NCBI GenBank assembly: GCA_963790205.1
Contig: CAWBNQ010000010.1
Coordinates: 32,001 to 96,000, forward strand
Reading direction: 5' to 3'
From: Nitrospirota bacterium
Lineage (GTDB): Bacteria; Nitrospirota; UBA9217
DNA: 64,000 nt
In this document: positions 59,973-64,000 of the stretch, one piece after another
Position numbering within the stretch: position 1 is the stretch's first letter
How the letters are laid out: each line of letters begins with the position of its first letter
Notes under the pieces: model-generated
Databases searched by the model: none
Seen by the model: only the letters and a program-made list of their open reading frames with translations
What the model was told of the DNA's origin: nothing
Made by a program: the position numbers and the translations under genes

Positions 59973-61172
59973 ATGAATCAAGATGGATCTGAGAAAACCC
60001 GTTATCGTCAAATAGTTTTGACATGGGACCAGGCGCTGCTTATGGGAACGTTTAATAAAATAGTCTTGACGCTCGTGCATGGGGACGCACACACGCGTAA
60101 AAAATTGCGCGTGTTGTTTGCTGCCGTCCTCTTCATCGTGTCGTTCCTGTCCGCAATAGATGCCCATGCCGTGGGCACCCCTGTCGGAACAGTGCTCGGC
60201 AGCCAGGCCACAGCGCACTACACCATAGGCACGAGCAATTATTCCACGTTGAGCAATATGACCACCTTCAGGGTGGACGACAAGGTCTCATTTACCCTGA
60301 CAGCCAGTGATTCCGCAAACGTAACGATCCTCCCCAACAGCAGGGCATACATGACGTATGTCCTGACCAACACCGGAAACGGCCCGCATGATTTTACGCT
60401 CACTCAGGCGGTCTCGGGAATTCCCACGCTGACGCCTGCAGCAGGCCCCACGTTTTATTCTGATCAGGCCGGTACGGCCGCGCTGCCGACCGACGTGAAC
60501 GCCGGCGGCCTTCCCTACCTCAGCAGCCTGGCATCCGATGGGACCAAGACGATCTACTTGTATATAACGGCTCCCTCAACGCCAACGGACGGACAGACAG
60601 CCGATTATCTCATCACTGCCGAGGCCTACCAGCCCAATAATCTCGGCACGGTAAACCCGCCGGTGAAATCTTCAACGCAAGCCGCTGCCGATGCATCTAT
60701 CGACAAAAATGCAAATTTCACGACTCAGTATGTCGTCCTGGCTGACGGGCAGGGCAACGGCGGAGATGCGCTCAGAGACGGCAAGTACGCCGAACTCGCG
60801 AAGGACGGGAGCAACAGAACCGTGGGGTTCAAAGCGCAATCAGGGTCGGTGAACGTGGCCAAAACGGCCACAGTAACGGACGAGCTCGGCGGCAGCCAGC
60901 CCATGACCGGAGCAACGATCCATTACATTCTCGCCGTGACGGTGACCGGTTCGGGGACGGCGATGAACGTGGTGATCGCGGACCCCATCCCGTTGAACAC
61001 GACCTACACTGCCGGCACGCTCAAATTGAACGGCGTCACCCTTACTGATGCGGCGGACCCTGACGCTGGAGATGTGGGCGGAACGACACCGGGGACCGTT
61101 ACGGTAAAGCTGGGGAGTTTGACGAACGCCTCGCCGGTCCAGACCGTCACGTTCGATGTGAAGATAAATTGA
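59973..61172 (+). CDS. secreted DUF11-family pilin-like protein A
   Basis: Signal peptide ..AHA|VGTPVGTVLGSQATAHY; C-terminal VAKT..IADPIP..VTFDVKIN; start uncertain. Confidence 0.82.
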   Translation: MNQDGSEKTRYRQIVLTWDQALLMGTFNKIVLTLVHGDAHTRKKLRVLFAAVLFIVSFLSAIDAHAVGTPVGTVLGSQATAHYTIGTSNYSTLSNMTTFRVDDKVSFTLTASDSANVTILPNSRAYMTYVLTNTGNGPHDFTLTQAVSGIPTLTPAAGPTFYSDQAGTAALPTDVNAGGLPYLSSLASDGTKTIYLYITAPSTPTDGQTADYLITAEAYQPNNLGTVNPPVKSSTQAAADASIDKNANFTTQYVVLADGQGNGGDALRDGKYAELAKDGSNRTVGFKAQSGSVNVAKTATVTDELGGSQPMTGATIHYILAVTVTGSGTAMNVVIADPIPLNTTYTAGTLKLNGVTLTDAADPDAGDVGGTTPGTVTVKLGSLTNASPVQTVTFDVKIN

Positions 61173-61354
61173 TTCTGGGGAAGCTTGATTGAGAAAAATA
61201 CGGCATGCGGGGATTTTGCAATCTCCAAAAGGAGGCGGGCCATGCGAACAGGATAATTGATACAGATGAAAAAAAACGACGATCGCGCAATCTCATGCGA
61301 AGACCTCTTTATCGAACGTCTTCGCGGCAACAATCAAGTTTGAAGGAGAATACC

Positions 61355-62476
61355 ATGAGTACAATTCGTAAATCCATGTTTCCGGCCTTGCTCCTTATCG
61401 GAGTAATGGCCGTCCTGGCGCCGCAGCACGCTCTCGCGGCGGGCACCGCGTCGGGAACAATCATCAACAACAAGGCCACCATGAACTATCAGGCCGGAGG
61501 CGTTGCCCAGACGCTCATCGAGAGCTCTCCCACGGGCAACACGACCCCCGGCGCCGGGAACGGCGCCAACACGTGGTTCTACGTTGCCAACAAGGTCAAT
61601 GTCGTGGTGACGAACACCGGCAACGCCACGGTGATTCCCGGCTCGACGAAGCAGGCGCTGGTGTTCACCATTACCAACAGCGGCAACACCCCTCAGAGTT
61701 ATGCATTAGCGGCAAACCTTGTGTCCGGCCAGACCATGAGCAATGTCGCGATCTACTTGACCAATATCGCCCCTCCCACCCAGTATAATGCCGGCGACAC
61801 TCCATACGTGGATGCAACCACCTTCGGCACTATCGCTTCGGACGCAACCTACACCGTGCTGGTCGTGGCGGACGCGCCGCTCTCATTGACCAACGGCCAG
61901 ACCGGCGTATACAATCTGATCGCGACGACCACGAATGCAGGTACCACAACCGTTACTGCGCAAACAGCCGGCGCAGCCAACCTTCAGACCAACTCTCCGC
62001 TGGATGTGGTCTTTGCCGATGCCGCCGGAACCGATGACTCCGCCCGGGACGGAAAGATGTCGGCGCGAGGGACCTACACGGTTAGCGCGCCGGTGCTGAC
62101 GGTCACCAAGACCACGGCGGTCTACTCTGATCCGTTCAATGGCACCACGAACCCGAAGGCGATCCCCGGCGCGGTCATGACCTACACGATCACGATCGCG
62201 AATGGGGCCGGCGGCGCGACCGCCACGTCAGTTTCGATCGTGGACGCCGTCCCGGCGAATACGACGTTCAAAACCACGTACGTTGACGCCTCTACCACCT
62301 GCTCAGGCGCAGACGGCATCGTGGTGGGCGCGGGGGCCGGGGTCTGCAAAACCAACACGAACGATGGGGACGGCGCGGACTACAACGTATCGAATGCAGG
62401 CGCGGTGACGGTGACAGGGCTTTCGGTCGCCGCCAGCGCCAGCGCTGTTGTCAGGTTCCAGGTTACGATCAATTAA
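61355..62476 (+). CDS. secreted DUF11-family pilin-like protein B (candidate major subunit)
   Basis: AAGGAG RBS; ALA|AGTASGTIINNKATMNY; VTKT..SDPFNGTTNPKAIPGA..IVDAVP..VRFQVTIN. Confidence 0.85.
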   Translation: MSTIRKSMFPALLLIGVMAVLAPQHALAAGTASGTIINNKATMNYQAGGVAQTLIESSPTGNTTPGAGNGANTWFYVANKVNVVVTNTGNATVIPGSTKQALVFTITNSGNTPQSYALAANLVSGQTMSNVAIYLTNIAPPTQYNAGDTPYVDATTFGTIASDATYTVLVVADAPLSLTNGQTGVYNLIATTTNAGTTTVTAQTAGAANLQTNSPLDVVFADAAGTDDSARDGKMSARGTYTVSAPVLTVTKTTAVYSDPFNGTTNPKAIPGAVMTYTITIANGAGGATATSVSIVDAVPANTTFKTTYVDASTTCSGADGIVVGAGAGVCKTNTNDGDGADYNVSNAGAVTVTGLSVAASASAVVRFQVTIN

Positions 62477-62539
62477 GAGAAGCGATCATTCCATGATGGT
62501 CTAGTAAAAAACAGGAATGAAACAAAAAAGGAGGAACTC

Positions 62540-63034
62540 ATGAAAAGAACGGTAATCAGCATCTTGGTCGCGCTTTTGCTCCTTCCTGCCGCGGCACGGG
62601 CGCAGCAAAAGGGAAGCGTAGAACTTAAATCGATTGCGGAAGTTGAGGTCACGAAAACGAACGCAAAGGGCGAAAAGGAGGTGAAACGCGTTGACACGGC
62701 CAAGGCCAAGGTCGTGCCGGGCGATATGGTCATCTTTACGACGACCTACACGAACATCGGCAAGCAACCGGCGGACAAGGTCGTGATCACGAACCCCGTG
62801 CCCGAACATATGGATTACCTGGACAAGAGCGCCGAGGGCAAAGGAGCGAAAATAGACTTCTCCGTGGACAAGGGAAAGAGCTACGAAACTCCCGATAAGC
62901 TTATGGTCACGGACGCGCAGGGAAAGACGCGGAAGGCGCGGCCTGCGGATTATACAACCATCCGGTGGACCCTGATCAAACCCGTGCCGCCGGGCGGCGC
63001 AGGCAGCGTCTCCTTCAGGGCCAAGCTGCAATAA
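62540..63034 (+). CDS. secreted single-domain DUF11-like protein (candidate chaperone/cap)
   Basis: AGGAGG RBS; signal peptide; PGDMVIFTTTYTN, ITNPVP, IRW, VSFRAKLQ; highly charged. Confidence 0.8.
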   Translation: MKRTVISILVALLLLPAAARAQQKGSVELKSIAEVEVTKTNAKGEKEVKRVDTAKAKVVPGDMVIFTTTYTNIGKQPADKVVITNPVPEHMDYLDKSAEGKGAKIDFSVDKGKSYETPDKLMVTDAQGKTRKARPADYTTIRWTLIKPVPPGGAGSVSFRAKLQ

Positions 63035-63263
63035 AGCAGGAAATGACGTACCGTCCCGGTCACGTGGATCGGGAATGAATCAACAGAGATAATTTCGGGC
63101 ACATTGGTTGAAAAATTTTAACAAGGAGGCAATTCGTGTGAAAGGATAATCAGAGGGGAAGCATCACAAAAGAAAGTTAATAATTATGAAACGCATCTAC
63201 GGACTACGGTCCGAACAGGCACATAAAACCATATAAAACGCAGCAGAACGTAAAGGAGAAAAA

Positions 63264-64000
63264 ATGAAGACAGTAACGAAAAACATAGCATTGGCGCTGC
63301 TCCTCATCGGAGCGATGGCAATGCTGGCGCCGCAAACGGCCCTGGCGCTCGGCACCGCCGCAGGCACCCCGATAACCAACAACGCCGCCGTTAACTATAG
63401 CGTGAACGGCACGGGTCAGCCCCAGGTAAATGCCTCAGCAACCTTCAAGGTTGACGACAAGGTCAGCTTCACGTTGACTGCCCAGGATTCCGCGAACGTG
63501 ACGATCTCCCCCAGCGGCGCAGCATACCAGACCTATGTGTTGACCAATACCGGCAACGGCCCTCATGACTTTACCCTCGGTCCGGTAGTAATAGGCGGCA
63601 ATACCCTTGCGCCTGCCACGGGGCCCACCTTGTATTCCACGAATACGGGTACGGGCGGCACGCAGTTGCCTATCGATGGAACCGCCACTCTTCCGTACAT
63701 CAGCAATCTGGCGTCCGACGCGACAAGGACGGTCTATATGTACATAACCGCGTCAGCAACGCCCACTGATGGACAGTTTGCCGACTATACGGTTACCGCC
63801 ACGGCATACCAGCCCGGTAATCTCGGGAACCCGACCCCCGTCAAATCCTCAGTGCAAGCAGCAACGGATGCGACCGTTGACAAGAATTTAAATCTTAACG
63901 GTCAGGTATATGTCGTCCTGGCGGACGGACAGGGCAACGGCGGAGATGGGCTCAGGGACGGCCTGTATGCCGTCATCGCGAAAAGCGGCGGCGGCTCCAC
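63264..64000 (+). CDS. secreted DUF11-family pilin-like protein D, paralog of protein A (runs off window; absent from ORF track)
   Basis: AAGGAG RBS; MKTVTKNIALALLLIGAMAMLAPQTALA|LGTAAGTPITNNAAVNY...FKVDDKVSFTLTA...YVLTNTGNGPHDFTL. Confidence 0.85.
   Translation, partial: MKTVTKNIALALLLIGAMAMLAPQTALALGTAAGTPITNNAAVNYSVNGTGQPQVNASATFKVDDKVSFTLTAQDSANVTISPSGAAYQTYVLTNTGNGPHDFTLGPVVIGGNTLAPATGPTLYSTNTGTGGTQLPIDGTATLPYISNLASDATRTVYMYITASATPTDGQFADYTVTATAYQPGNLGNPTPVKSSVQAATDATVDKNLNLNGQVYVVLADGQGNGGDGLRDGLYAVIAKSGGGS

Overview
Bacterial chromosome segment with GC-rich genes and AT-rich accessory patches. The gene repertoire suggests a Nitrospirota/Desulfobacterota-like anaerobe (inference only). 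Core genes: B12 radical SAM, ogg, rhodanese, NtrY-like kinase, LysM protein, ald, a DUF362/polyferredoxin pair, an MFS transporter, and a trpEGDCFBA-(Crp, adenylate cyclase, phosphodiesterase)-accD operon. Accessory region 1 (~1.7-8.4 kb) holds an ISL3, transposase relics, a C39-peptidase/precursor pair and a 476-bp non-autonomous IS1595-type cassette. Accessory region 2 (~15.7-32.9 kb) holds a second ISL3, a signal-peptide SpvB/RHS toxin locus (pseudopilin, lipoprotein, tail-collar fibre) and a giant Gly-rich lipoprotein behind a GEMM-I riboswitch with the c-AMP-GMP signature. The best candidate for an undescribed system is 51.2-64 kb: a sigma54/phosphorelay-controlled cluster of secreted DUF11 proteins. 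Their terminal Ig-like domain is split between the N- and C-terminus, predicting a donor-strand-complemented, self-isopeptide-crosslinked pilus with a lectin tip and a chaperone-like subunit. Several single-base-insertion frameshifts (rhodanese, ntrY x3, RHS) look like sequencing errors. All family calls come from motif recognition; no database searches were run.
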